Assembly: GCA_029261905.1 (NCBI GenBank)
Contig: JAJDAM010000109.1
Location: 1-37,370 of the forward strand
Length of the DNA: 37,370 nucleotides
Source of the DNA: Deltaproteobacteria bacterium
Lineage (GTDB): Bacteria; Myxococcota_A; UBA9160; SMWR01
Reading direction: 5' to 3'
Below, piece after piece: positions 8,327 through 19,991 of this stretch (positions are counted from its first letter, which is position 1; each line of letters starts with the position of its first letter). A program made the position numbers and the translations under genes. The notes beneath the pieces were generated by a model. The model searched no databases. It worked only from the letters and a program-made list of their open reading frames with translations, and had not been told where the DNA came from.

Positions 8327-10912
8327 CTATTCGCTCGACTCGTCTTCAGGCGGCGAATCCGGCGCGGGCTCGCTGCTTGCCGCCGCGGGCTCGGGTGAAT
8401 TCGGAGCCACGACCGTCTCGATGTCACTTTCCGCCACCCGTGCCATCGACACCAGTTTCTCGCCGCTGCTCAAGTCCATCACCCGGACACCTTGGGTCGC
8501 CCGGCCCATCTGCGAGATTCCACTGACCGGGCAGCGCAGCACCTTGCCGCCGTCGGTAATCAACATCACCTCGTCTTCCAGGACGACCTGCGCGACCCGT
8601 ACCACCCTGCCGTTGCGCTCGGTCGTGCGGATCGTGATCACGCCTCGACCTCCGCGGCGTTGCAGTCGGTAGTCGTCGAGCGGCGTGCGCTTGCCGTAGC
8701 CGCCTTCGGTCACGGTCAGGATCGTCGCGCCCGGCGACAGAATCTCCATTCCGACAACTCGGTCGTCCCCACCGAGCGTCATGCCGCGAACACCGGCTGC
8801 CGTCCGGCCCATGGCGCGGACCTGGTCTTCCGGGAAGCGGATCGACTTGCCCTGCGAACTGGCGATCAGGACTTCTTGCGAGCCGTTGGTACGACACACC
8901 GCGATCAGCTCGTCGGTCTCGGCCAGGTTGATCGAGATGATCCCACCGCGCCGCGGATTCGAAAACGCGCTCAGCGGAGTCTTCTTGATGACACCCGCCC
9001 GTGTGCACATGATGACGAAGTCCTCACTCACCTCGTCGAAGCTGCGGATGGGAAGTGTCGCCTGGACCCGCTCGTTTTCTGCAAGTTGCAGCACGTTGGA
9101 AAGTGCGCGCCCACGCGCCGCTCGCCCGAGCTGCGGCAGCTCGTGAACCTTCAGCCAGTGGACGCGACCGCGCGTCGTGAAGAACAGGATGTAGGCGTGC
9201 GTCGACGCCACGAAGAGCCGCTCGACGAAGTCCGCATCCTTGGCGTCCATCCCCTTGACGCCCTTGCCGCCGCGGCGCTGCGCGCGGTACTGAGTCAGCG
9301 GATTGCGCTTGATGTAGCCGCTGTTCGACACGGTGACGACCATGTCTTCTTCGACGATGAGGTCTTCGGTGCTGATCCCCTCGACGGCACCCACCAACTC
9401 GGTCCGACGGTCGTCGCCGAAACGCTCGGCGATTGCTTCGACCTCTTCGATCACCAGGTCGAGAATGCGGCTGTCGCTGGCCAACAGATCCTTCAAATCC
9501 GCGATCTTTGCGCGGACTTCCTCCAGTTCGTCGAGTACCCGCTGTCGCTCCAGAGCCGTGAGCGATCGCAACCGCATTTCGAGAATCGCGTTGGTCTGTC
9601 GCTCACTGAGCGAGAAGCGCGTCATCAACTCCGTGCGCGCCTCGGCGGTGGACTGCGATCCGCGGATGATCGAGATCACCTCATCGAGGTTGTCGAGCGC
9701 GATCGCGAAGCCTTCGAGAAGGTGCGCTCTCGATTCAGCCTGTGCCAGATCGTAAGTCGCGCGCCGCACGATGACTTCCTTCCGGAAGTCGATGAAATGG
9801 CCAAGCGCTTCTTTGACCGACAACAACACCGGTCGGCCGTTGACGAGCGCGAGCAGATTCACGCCGAACGTCGACTGGAGCGGGGTCTGCTTGTAGAGCT
9901 GGTTCAACACGACATCGTCCTGCGCGTCGCGGCGCAGCTCGATGACGATCCGCATTCCCTCGCGATTCGATTCGTCTCGCAAGTCTGTCACGCCGTCGAT
10001 CTTTCCGGCGCGAACCAGATCGGCGATTCGCTCGAGCAGTGACGACTTGTTCACCTGGTACGGGATTTCGGTGATGATGATCCGCGGACCGCGCTTGGTG
10101 GTTTCGAAGCTCGCCCGTGCACGAACGATCAGAAGCCCGCGTCCGGTCGCGAACGCAGAGCGTATTCCCTCGCTGCCGCAGATCATTGCGCCGGTGGGGA
10201 AATCCGGACCCGGCATCACCGCGAGAAGGTCGTCGAGTGTGCAATCGGGGTTTCGAGCGACCAGAACCAGCGCAGCCGAAAGTTCGCGAAGATTGTGGGG
10301 CGGGACATTCGTCGCCATGCCGACCGCGATCCCAGTCGAACCGTTGGCCAACAGATTCGGAAAGCGGCTGGGGAGCACGACCGGCTCGCTGACCGTTTCG
10401 TCGAAGTTCGGCTGGAAATCCACCGTCTCACGATCGATGTCGCGGAGCATCTCTTCGGCGAGCGGATGCAGGCGCGCTTCGGTGTAGCGATAGGCGGCGG
10501 CCGAATCGCCGTCGATCGATCCGAAGTTGCCCTGACCGTCGACGAGCGGATACCGCAGCGAAAAGTCCTGCGCCATCCGGACCATCGAGTCGTAAACCGC
10601 CGAGTCGCCGTGGGGGTGGTAGTGCTTCAGCACCTCACCGACGACTCCGGCAGATTTCGAGTAGTTCCGACTGGAGAGCAAGCCCTCCTGGTTCATCGCG
10701 TACAGGATCCGACGGTGAACGGGCTTCAAACCATCGCGCACATCGGGCAACGCGCGCGTGATGATGACCGACATCGAGTAGTCGAGAAACGAACTGCGAA
10801 CCTCGTCCTCGATGTTGACGGGCGTGTAGCGGCTGTCGGGCGGGGTTGCGTCGCCCGGTGGGTTGCCATCTCCGGGCGGCGGCAGTTCGATATCGGTCGG
10901 ATCGTCGCTCAA
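8327..10912 (-). CDS. gyrA: DNA gyrase subunit A
   Basis: 861 aa with [31 protein letters not shown], the active-site region [10 protein letters not shown], a C-terminal beta-pinwheel repeat region and an acidic tail. TTG start 9 nt after the gyrB stop, so the start is less certain. Confidence 0.93.
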   Translation of the reverse strand: MSDDPTDIELPPPGDGNPPGDATPPDSRYTPVNIEDEVRSSFLDYSMSVIITRALPDVRDGLKPVHRRILYAMNQEGLLSSRNYSKSAGVVGEVLKHYHPHGDSAVYDSMVRMAQDFSLRYPLVDGQGNFGSIDGDSAAAYRYTEARLHPLAEEMLRDIDRETVDFQPNFDETVSEPVVLPSRFPNLLANGSTGIAVGMATNVPPHNLRELSAALVLVARNPDCTLDDLLAVMPGPDFPTGAMICGSEGIRSAFATGRGLLIVRARASFETTKRGPRIIITEIPYQVNKSSLLERIADLVRAGKIDGVTDLRDESNREGMRIVIELRRDAQDDVVLNQLYKQTPLQSTFGVNLLALVNGRPVLLSVKEALGHFIDFRKEVIVRRATYDLAQAESRAHLLEGFAIALDNLDEVISIIRGSQSTAEARTELMTRFSLSERQTNAILEMRLRSLTALERQRVLDELEEVRAKIADLKDLLASDSRILDLVIEEVEAIAERFGDDRRTELVGAVEGISTEDLIVEEDMVVTVSNSGYIKRNPLTQYRAQRRGGKGVKGMDAKDADFVERLFVASTHAYILFFTTRGRVHWLKVHELPQLGRAARGRALSNVLQLAENERVQATLPIRSFDEVSEDFVIMCTRAGVIKKTPLSAFSNPRRGGIISINLAETDELIAVCRTNGSQEVLIASSQGKSIRFPEDQVRAMGRTAAGVRGMTLGGDDRVVGMEILSPGATILTVTEGGYGKRTPLDDYRLQRRGGRGVITIRTTERNGRVVRVAQVVLEDEVMLITDGGKVLRCPVSGISQMGRATQGVRVMDLSSGEKLVSMARVAESDIETVVAPNSPEPAAASSEPAPDSPPEDESSE

Positions 10913-10921
10913 TGCGTGCCT

Positions 10922-13471
<2,550 letters not shown>

Positions 13472-13516
13472 CTAAGTCTGCGTAAAGGCTCAGGATCCAC
13501 GATTCCTAACGGCAAC

Positions 13517-14629
13517 TCAAACTCGCATGGGCATTACGACCGCCTGCGTATCGTCGTCGTCGGTCGGAACGATCAGCGCAGGGGAAGTCGAGTCACGGAA
13601 AGACAGCCGGACTTCCTTCGCTTTGCAGGCAGCCAATGCATCCATCAGGTATCGAGCGTTGAAGGCAACGCTCAGAGGCTCTCCCGCATAGTCGATATCG
13701 ATTTCTTCGTGAGCATCGCCCAAGTCCGGATTGTTCGAAGACAACGCGAGTGTGCCGTCAGACAGCTCCAGCTTCACTGCACGGCTTCTTTCTGCAGAAA
13801 GCAGCGCTACACGCCGCAACATTCGCGAAAGACCTTCCACGGGCAGCGTCAGGTGGATCGTCGTTTCTTTCGGAATTACTTGACGGTAGTTCGGGAACTC
13901 GCCCTCGATCAGGCGCATCACGAGTGTGACACCACCCTTTTTCACCAAACCACTATTGCCCTCGAAACCGATCTCGAATTCGTCGCTGTCTTCTTCGTCG
14001 AGCAGCCGCTTCAGTTCGGCGAGTCCCTTTCGAGGAATGATCACGCCTTGAGAAAGCGCTTCGAGGTTGGTGCCGAGGTTTCGCTCCACGATGGCGAGTC
14101 GGTGACCGTCGGTGGCAACCATTCTGGACTTATCGGTATCGGGGTTCAACTCGAAGAAGACACCGTTGAGGCTGTATCGGGTTTCGTCTGCAGAAGCCGC
14201 ATACATGGTTCGATCGATCATCTCTGCAAGCAGAATGGCTTGCACGGGAGATGTCTTTTCCGAACTGAAACTGGGAAGCGTCGGATATTCCTCTGCGGAG
14301 TTTCCCGCGAGTGTGAATTTCGCGCGTGCACATCGAATCTGCAGATACGCATCATCGGTCGATTCGATCAGCACGGGTTCATCCGGAAGTTCTCGCACAA
14401 TTTCAAAGAGCTTTTTTGCGGAGACCGTAACGCTGCCGGGGGTTTCGACTTCTGCCGGGTGCAGACCCCGGATGCCTACTTCGAGATCCGTTGCGGCGAG
14501 TTCGAGCTCGTTTTCGTTCGCATTCAACAGGACGTTTGCCAGGATCGGCATGGTGTTACGCTTTTCTACGATCGATTGAATGCGGGCCAAGCCCTTCTGT
14601 AGTTCGTCCTTGCTGATCGAGAGCTTCAT
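13517..14629 (-). CDS. dnaN: DNA polymerase III beta sliding clamp
   Basis: 370 aa with typical N-terminus MKLSISKDELQKGLARIQSIVEKRNTMPILANVLL and C-terminus VVMPMRV. ATG at 14629. Confidence 0.95.
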   Translation of the reverse strand: MKLSISKDELQKGLARIQSIVEKRNTMPILANVLLNANENELELAATDLEVGIRGLHPAEVETPGSVTVSAKKLFEIVRELPDEPVLIESTDDAYLQIRCARAKFTLAGNSAEEYPTLPSFSSEKTSPVQAILLAEMIDRTMYAASADETRYSLNGVFFELNPDTDKSRMVATDGHRLAIVERNLGTNLEALSQGVIIPRKGLAELKRLLDEEDSDEFEIGFEGNSGLVKKGGVTLVMRLIEGEFPNYRQVIPKETTIHLTLPVEGLSRMLRRVALLSAERSRAVKLELSDGTLALSSNNPDLGDAHEEIDIDYAGEPLSVAFNARYLMDALAACKAKEVRLSFRDSTSPALIVPTDDDDTQAVVMPMRV

Positions 14630-14640
14630 TCAGTTTTCCG

Positions 14641-14760
14641 TTCTTTAGTTCTTAAGATTTAAGATCTTAGAAACAGTAAGTACTCGGGTTAAGCGACAAA
14701 AGTGACTGAACTCATAGAATTTGTTGAGGAAAACGCTTTGTCGCAATTGGATGTTTCGGC
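14641..14760. other. AT-rich tract in the dnaN-rpmH divergent spacer (candidate promoter / DNA-unwinding region)
   Basis: Hand count gives 44 G+C in 120 bp (about 37 percent) in an otherwise GC-rich window. Contains tandem TTAAGAT x2 (14652-14665), the palindrome TAAGATCTTA (14660-14669) and the inverted repeat GCGACAAA / TTTGTCGC (14693-14700 / 14737-14744). Function not established. Confidence 0.4.
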
Positions 14761-15077
14761 GAAGCGCGGTCACGGAGGATTCTCTCGAGGCTGCGGGAGG
14801 ACTGGGTTCGTAGCACCGACGTGATCTTACCACGCGGTGCGAGTTGCGGTGGTGTGTTTCTATCTCAGACGCTACCTTCCGCGCCGCTGGTGATTGGCCT
14901 GATGGCCGATTCAAGTTTCACCGGGCCTTTCGTTGATCCCGGCAAAGCTAGATACGATCCGACTACATCCGCTCCAATTGGCCCCAAAGTCTCAATGAAG
15001 GCCTCAAACAAGGCAATTTCCCCCGCATTACCTGATACCGAGATTCCGACGGTAGACGGGAACAGAAGGCAGCTCCG

Positions 15078-15227
15078 ATGAAGCGAACCTACCAACCGAG
15101 CCGAATTCGTCGAAAGCGCGTGCACGGCTTTCGAGCTCGCATGAAGACTCGAGCCGGACGAGCAATTCTCAGTCGACGACGAGCCAAAGGCCGCAGCCGC
15201 TTAGCCGCGACGGTCCCCTCCAAGTAG
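15078..15227 (+). CDS. rpmH: 50S ribosomal protein L34
   Basis: Not in the ORF track because it is 49 aa. The ATG at 15078 translates to [49 protein letters not shown], stop TAG 15225-15227. Canonical L34 sequence, followed by rnpA. Confidence 0.92.
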   Translation: MKRTYQPSRIRRKRVHGFRARMKTRAGRAILSRRRAKGRSRLAATVPSK

Positions 15228-15230
15228 ATC

Positions 15231-15608
15231 GTGCTTTCGGCGACCGGCCGCTTTCGGCGGACGGACCGAATTCTTCGCTCCAGTGGCTTCACACGAGTGA
15301 TGAAACTGGGCGATCGCAGAACGTCACGTAATTTCGTGGTTTTCGCTGCGGTCGATGAATCCGGTACACAACCTGCTCGGCCAGGACGCATTGGAATTAC
15401 GGTCAGCAAACGTGTCGGGAACGCCGTGGTTCGAAATCACGTGAAACGTCGAGTTCGAGAGTGGTATCGAGCTTCGAGACAGCGATTACCGATAGGGACG
15501 GAGCTTGTGGTCATCGCACGAAGACCGTCACGTGACCTGGAAACGCGCGATCTGTTCGAAGATCTGGATCAGGTGATCGGCAAATTCAAAATGGGAACAG
15601 TGAATTGA
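15231..15608 (+). CDS. rnpA: Ribonuclease P protein component
   Basis: 125 aa, basic, with [25 protein letters not shown] (RNR-type motif). Begins 3 nt after rpmH. Confidence 0.85.
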   Translation: MLSATGRFRRTDRILRSSGFTRVMKLGDRRTSRNFVVFAAVDESGTQPARPGRIGITVSKRVGNAVVRNHVKRRVREWYRASRQRLPIGTELVVIARRPSRDLETRDLFEDLDQVIGKFKMGTVN

Positions 15609-15880
15609 TCGACGAGGCACAACCGGCGACGGGTTTTCTCAATCATTCGTTCGCCCGTGGGCTCGCAGCGATCATTCGGATCTATCAAGTTCTCGTATCG
15701 CCCTGGTTGGGCCCAGCGTGTCGATTTGACCCAACTTGTTCAGAGTATGCGATCGCGGCACTTCGTGAACACGGCACAATCCGAGGCGGGTGGTTGACGC
15801 TACGTCGGCTTGGCCGTTGTCACCCATTCGGGGGGCACGGCTTCGATCCAGTGCCGGAACGGGGTGCCGGTGGACCGTAA
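15605..15880 (+). CDS. yidD: Membrane protein insertion efficiency factor YidD
   Basis: [61 protein letters not shown]. The TTG start overlapping the rnpA stop is uncertain. Confidence 0.85.
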   Translation: MIDEAQPATGFLNHSFARGLAAIIRIYQVLVSPWLGPACRFDPTCSEYAIAALREHGTIRGGWLTLRRLGRCHPFGGHGFDPVPERGAGGP

Positions 15881-17582
15881 TCTATTTCTCGCTTTTGCCT
15901 TATCTTTCGCGGTGTTGACGGGATGGATGCTGCTTACGGCACCCCCGCCACAAGAACCAGCCCCCGCGGGGATGGAAGGTATGGAGCTGGACCCGGTCGG
16001 CGACGAGTATGCCGACCGGGCGCCCGCCCCCCGAGAACCGTTGCCTCCAAGTTCACGATCTTCGATCGCTCCGCCAGGGCCAGACTCGCCTCGCCCAATT
16101 CTCACGGACTCGCGGCCCATCGACGAGTTCCCGGTAGAAACAATCGAGATCGAACTGCCGCTTTACACGGTCACGCTGACCAACCGCGGTGCGGGCATCG
16201 ACAGCTGGCTGTTGGCGGAATTTCGAGAGACGGCAGATCCAACATCGCCGCGCGTCGAGCTGATTACCGGTGAGGCTCCCAACCGGACCTCGATGGTGAC
16301 ACCATTCGAAGAACTTGGATTGGGGGATTTGTCTCGCCAGGTATTTCAAGTGGTCGAGCGAGACGTAGACCGAGTCGTATTCGAAACGAGGCAACGGGAT
16401 ATCACGATTCGGAAAACCTTCACGTTCGATAGCGACGCGTATTCGTTTCGGGTCGTGATGGAGGTGGTCAATGACTCGACGGAGATGATCGCTCCTCGGT
16501 TCAGAATCGACCTTCCTGCGCACATTCGCGACGGATCAGACTTCTCGGAAATCGGTCTGGCCGCGATGCAGGACGGAAGCGCGCAAATCGAGTTGCTGCA
16601 GTCAATCGGTCAGTCGGGCTTCTTGGACTCATTCACCGGCGGAGTCGCCGAGCGGTACACGAAATTTTCCGCACCGGTCGATTGGGCGGCGGTGCAGACC
16701 ACCTACTTCCTGACTGCGATCGTTACCGACAACCCCAACCAAGCCAGTGTTTGGCTCGACGCGATTGACCCCGGCAAGGCTGGCATCGCACAGCTGTTCT
16801 TTGACGAGGTTCAGATCCCCGCTGGCAGTTCATATGCTCGCGAGCTCAGGGCATACATCGGTCCGAAAGAACTGGATCGCTTGACTGCTTTCGGCGGCGA
16901 CCTCGTGCATTCGATCGATCTGGGCTGGGCGTGGGTAGAACCTCTTACGAAGTTCTTCGCGACATTCCTGAAGGCCCTCTACGCGATCATCCCCAACTAC
17001 GGGGTCGCGATCATCATCTTGACGATCCTGGTGCGTCTGGTGACTGCTCCGTTGACCATCAAGCAGATGCGCTCGATGGAAAGGATGCGGAAGCTCGCGC
17101 CGAAGCTCAAAGAGATCCAAGCGGCCCACGCCGACGACCGAGCCAAACAGTCTGAAATGACGATGGCGCTGTACAAGAGCGAAGGCGTGAACCCGCTCGG
17201 TGGCTGTCTGCCGATGCTGCTGCAGTTTCCGGTCTTCATCGGGCTGTTCTACGCACTGAGAAGCACCATCCAGCTGCGCCAGTCGCCGTTCTTCGGTTGG
17301 ATCGACGATCTCGCCTCGCCCGAAATGCTCTTCGAGATTCCCGGACTGGGCATTCCGGTGCGCGTCTTGCCGCTGATCATGGGTGGTACGATGGTGCTGC
17401 AGCAGAAGATTACGCCCATGCAGGCAGATCCTGCTCAGGCGAAAATGATGATGATCGTCATGCCCATCATGATGACGTTCGTGTTTTATACCTTCCCGTC
17501 CGGCCTGGTTTTGTATTGGATGGTGAGCAACGTGCTCGCGATCACTCATCAGCTGTGGATCGGGCGAGGAATGCGGGATTAG
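15870..17582 (+). CDS. yidC: Membrane protein insertase YidC
   Basis: A GTG at 15870 gives the typical N-terminus (M)[21 protein letters not shown] and overlaps the yidD end. The track start at 15810 lies inside yidD. A large periplasmic domain is followed by the conserved C-terminal core ([51 protein letters not shown]). 570 aa. Confidence 0.9.
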   Translation: MDRNLFLAFALSFAVLTGWMLLTAPPPQEPAPAGMEGMELDPVGDEYADRAPAPREPLPPSSRSSIAPPGPDSPRPILTDSRPIDEFPVETIEIELPLYTVTLTNRGAGIDSWLLAEFRETADPTSPRVELITGEAPNRTSMVTPFEELGLGDLSRQVFQVVERDVDRVVFETRQRDITIRKTFTFDSDAYSFRVVMEVVNDSTEMIAPRFRIDLPAHIRDGSDFSEIGLAAMQDGSAQIELLQSIGQSGFLDSFTGGVAERYTKFSAPVDWAAVQTTYFLTAIVTDNPNQASVWLDAIDPGKAGIAQLFFDEVQIPAGSSYARELRAYIGPKELDRLTAFGGDLVHSIDLGWAWVEPLTKFFATFLKALYAIIPNYGVAIIILTILVRLVTAPLTIKQMRSMERMRKLAPKLKEIQAAHADDRAKQSEMTMALYKSEGVNPLGGCLPMLLQFPVFIGLFYALRSTIQLRQSPFFGWIDDLASPEMLFEIPGLGIPVRVLPLIMGGTMVLQQKITPMQADPAQAKMMMIVMPIMMTFVFYTFPSGLVLYWMVSNVLAITHQLWIGRGMRD

Positions 17583-17593
17583 CGGAGGAAAGT

Positions 17594-18565
17594 GTGTACG
17601 ACCCCAAGAATGAAGCCCACGAATTCACCGATGTAGGACGCGATGAAGCCATCGCGAAGGCCTGCGAGTTCTACAACGTGTCGGCCGACGAACTCGAAAT
17701 CAGTACGTTCCCCGACGGTGCCGTCTACGGACTGGCTACGCGCGCGGTCGTCGTTGCGGTTCCGAAGGGACGCACGCCCACCAGCCCCAGCGGCCGATCT
17801 GATGCTCGCAACGATGGTGAGCGGTCGGAAGGTCGACGTGACTCCGGAAGAGGCCGAGAGAGAGGGGGCCGAGAGCGTGGACGGGGTCGCGATCGCGGCT
17901 CGGACCGTGGGCCGGATCGTGGCCCGGACCGCGCCCCGGATCGCAGTGGAGATCGGGGAGAAGAACGAGAACGCGGTGGCCGATCGCGTGCTGGCCGGGA
18001 CCGAGCCGAGAAGTCCGAAGAGCCGCGCGCCGTCTCCGACGAGCCTTCGGTAGGCAAGGTGCAAGGTGAACTGGGCGAGATGGGTGAGTTCGTGCTCGGT
18101 GTGATGGAGCGGCTTCAGCTCGGGCCCTTCGAGATCTCGGAAGGTGAGGAAAACGAACTCACCGTAATCGAGGTGAAGGGGACGGCCGCGCAGACGCTGG
18201 CCTCCGACGAGGGACGAACCGTGGATGCGCTGCAGTTGATCGCCAACCAGGTCTCGGTTCGAATCGGACCCGATCGGCCGCGTGTTGTGATCGAGATGGA
18301 AGGCAACACCGACGCCCGCGAGGAGTTTCTCGCCAAGCTGGCCGACCGGGTCGCGAAGCGGGCCCTGCAGACGGGCAGACCCGTGGCACTCGATCCGATG
18401 AACGGACGGGACCGACGCACGATCCACATCGCGCTCAAGGAGCGGGAAGACGTGGCGACCATGAGCGAGGGCGAAGGCCGATACCGCCAGGTGGTCGTGG
18501 TTCCCGAGGGAGCGGACGAGTTCGACGAGGCGGTTTCCAGCTCCGAGGGCTCCGGGAACTCCTGA
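17594..18565 (+). CDS. jag: Jag/KhpB-type RNA-binding protein (Jag_N, KH, R3H)
   Basis: GTG at 17594 is preceded by GGAGGAAAG. The N-terminus FTDVGRDEAIAKACEFYNVSADELE is Jag_N-like. The C-terminus ALDPMNGRDRRTIHIAL...GEGRYRQVVVVP is R3H. A roughly 80-aa Arg/Asp/Gly-rich linker lies between them. The track start at 17297 lies inside yidC. Confidence 0.8.
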   Translation: MYDPKNEAHEFTDVGRDEAIAKACEFYNVSADELEISTFPDGAVYGLATRAVVVAVPKGRTPTSPSGRSDARNDGERSEGRRDSGRGRERGGRERGRGRDRGSDRGPDRGPDRAPDRSGDRGEERERGGRSRAGRDRAEKSEEPRAVSDEPSVGKVQGELGEMGEFVLGVMERLQLGPFEISEGEENELTVIEVKGTAAQTLASDEGRTVDALQLIANQVSVRIGPDRPRVVIEMEGNTDAREEFLAKLADRVAKRALQTGRPVALDPMNGRDRRTIHIALKEREDVATMSEGEGRYRQVVVVPEGADEFDEAVSSSEGSGNS

Positions 18566-18594
18566 TCGCGAGCGGGATCGATCGGCAACGGAAT

Positions 18595-18608
18595 GTTCCA
18601 CGTGGAAC
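18595..18608. promoter_or_regulatory. parS: parS-type centromere site 1 (GTTCCACGTGGAAC)
   Basis: Perfect 14-bp palindrome, context AATGTTCCACGTGGAACGG. Matches the chromosomal parS consensus TGTTNCACGTGAAACA except at positions 12 and 16 of the 16-mer; the change at 12 makes the 14-bp core a perfect palindrome. Confidence 0.75.
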
Positions 18609-18794
18609 GGACCGACGCGCAGACTGCCACCACCACAGATTCGAGGGACGCATCCCTAGGGGCTAGAGGGCTGCGTCCCGGTGCGTCCCGGTGATTGTTG
18701 GCAGGGTTCAGTGACTTCGCGAGTCGCCGCGAGGCCGGGGCGGTCACACCGTCCAGAGGTCAGCACTTCCTCGGGACTCCCGCCGGATCGCAAT

Positions 18795-18808
18795 GTTCCA
18801 CGTGGAAC
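18795..18808. promoter_or_regulatory. parS: parS-type centromere site 2
   Basis: Identical 19-nt context to site 1 (AATGTTCCACGTGGAACGG), exactly 200 bp downstream of it. Confidence 0.75.
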
Positions 18809-18996
18809 GGAGCCGTGGAATGGCTACCACCTTGCGAGACCCGATTGCTAGGGTTGTGTCCCGACGATTGTTGGTGGCCCGCGCGGAAGTAGCCGCTCTG
18901 GAACCAGAATGGGCCGGCGTTCTCGGGACGAGGGAGTGAGAGCTGTAACCTCGCGTCCACGATCTTACAGAGATCTACCAACAATCTTCGGGACAC

Positions 18997-19010
18997 GTTC
19001 CACGTGGAAC
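18997..19010. promoter_or_regulatory. parS: parS-type centromere site 3
   Basis: Perfect GTTCCACGTGGAAC, 202 bp after site 2. Confidence 0.75.
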
Positions 19011-19149
19011 GAGCTCGAAGCTCGGGATGCTCAGCTCGCGGAGTCTGTTCGATGCAAATCCCTATGGGTCGCGGTCCGCGAATCGGACTTCGAATTCAGG
19101 GCGAAATCCGCGAAAACCGGTGCCCCGCATCCAGCAAGCCGTTCCCAGC

Positions 19150-19163
19150 GTTCCACGTGGAAC
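19150..19163. promoter_or_regulatory. parS: parS-type centromere site 4
   Basis: Perfect GTTCCACGTGGAAC, 153 bp after site 3 and 26 nt upstream of the proposed rsmG start. Confidence 0.75.
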
Positions 19164-19188
19164 ACAACCCGAGATACCGACGGATCTC

Positions 19189-19839
19189 GTGACCGGCCTG
19201 CCCAATTCTCAGAATCTCATCGAGTCGGGGTTCGAAGAACTCCGAATCGAGCCGACTCACGGACAAATCGAGTCGCTGGTGGTTCTGTCCCAGCTTCTGT
19301 TTCGGTGGTCGAAGCGGATCAACCTGACCGGACACCGGACCGAGCAAGATATCGTGAAGCGGCTCGTACTCGACGCAGTTGCGCTGGCGGTCCACATACC
19401 TGACGTACCGAGCCTGGCGGATATCGGTTCCGGAGCCGGTTTTCCCGGCTTTCCTATCGCAATCCTTCGCCCGGGTACGGAAGTCTTTCTTGTCGAATCT
19501 CGGGAGCGCCGACACCACTTCCAGCGCGAGGCGGCCCGTGTTCTGGCCCTCGAGAACGCGACGGCGATGCTCGGACGTGCCGAGGAGTTCGATGAGCCAA
19601 CGTGCGCTGCTGCGATCGCACAGGCGGTGGCTCCGCGTGAAGCGATTTCGCTGCTGCTGCACTGGGTGCGGCCCGGTGGGTTACTGCTGTTCCCGGGATC
19701 CGAGTCGTCCGAAGACCTTCCAACGGATGCCGAGGTCGTCGTTCAGGATGTCGTCGAATATCGAGTGCCGTGCGGAGGCCCACTCCGGAAGCTTCGAATC
19801 GCCAGCAAGCGGATCGATGGGAGGGCGGCCGAGGAGTGA
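19189..19839 (+). CDS. rsmG: 16S rRNA (guanine527-N7)-methyltransferase RsmG
   Basis: RINLTGHRTEQDIVKRLVLDA and the SAM motif ADIGSGAGFPGFPIAILRP. Start moved to the in-frame GTG at 19189 (216 aa, typical size). The track ATG at 19027 would add a non-conserved basic extension and place parS site 4 inside the CDS. Start confidence is moderate. Confidence 0.85.
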   Translation: MTGLPNSQNLIESGFEELRIEPTHGQIESLVVLSQLLFRWSKRINLTGHRTEQDIVKRLVLDAVALAVHIPDVPSLADIGSGAGFPGFPIAILRPGTEVFLVESRERRHHFQREAARVLALENATAMLGRAEEFDEPTCAAAIAQAVAPREAISLLLHWVRPGGLLLFPGSESSEDLPTDAEVVVQDVVEYRVPCGGPLRKLRIASKRIDGRAAEE

Positions 19840-19991
19840 CCCCACCCACTCCACGAACTTCTTAAGAAACACCTCGCCCGAGACGAGTCGCGTATTCACA
19901 ATCCACTGGGATCGTGGTAACTTGTCGGCGCCTAATCCCCCCGGGAAACCCCCGCCTAGAGCGAATCTCATCGAAAGGATCCGGCGGATCC

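Noticed and set aside
8492-10042. 516-aa ORF antisense to gyrA
   Set aside because: Shadow ORF inside an unambiguous gyrA. It has low-complexity Arg/Asp/Leu-rich composition and no recognisable domain.
14630-15077. Calling DnaA boxes or a definite oriC
   Set aside because: The best matches to TTATCCACA that I could find by eye are about 5 of 9 positions (for example TTGTCGCAA, ACATCCGCT). That is insufficient, so only the contextual origin-like features are reported.
14821-15081. 86-aa ORF in the dnaN-rpmH spacer
   Set aside because: No SD and no family resemblance, and it runs into the rpmH start. It is most likely non-coding spacer.
15427-15536. CACGTG-containing near-palindromes inside rnpA (TCACGTGAAAC at about 15436-15446; GTCACGTGAC at 15527-15536) as extra parS sites
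   Set aside because: Only one half-site or the core matches parS, and the outer positions fail. They lie within a coding region and are consistent with chance.
17579-18601. 340-aa ORF antisense to jag
   Set aside because: Shadow frame of the jag gene, including the mirror image of its low-complexity linker.
18595-19163. The regularly spaced identical repeats as a CRISPR array
   Set aside because: The repeats are only 14 bp and perfectly palindromic. Spacings of 153-202 bp are far too long, and the intervening segments share sequence with each other. The motif matches parS and lies next to parAB.
19027-19188. Track N-terminal extension of rsmG (54 extra residues)
   Set aside because: The extension is basic and Pro/Ser-rich, is not RsmG-like, and would bury parS site 4 in coding sequence. 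The in-frame GTG at 19189 gives a normal-length RsmG. This is not proven, and N-terminal proteomics would settle it.
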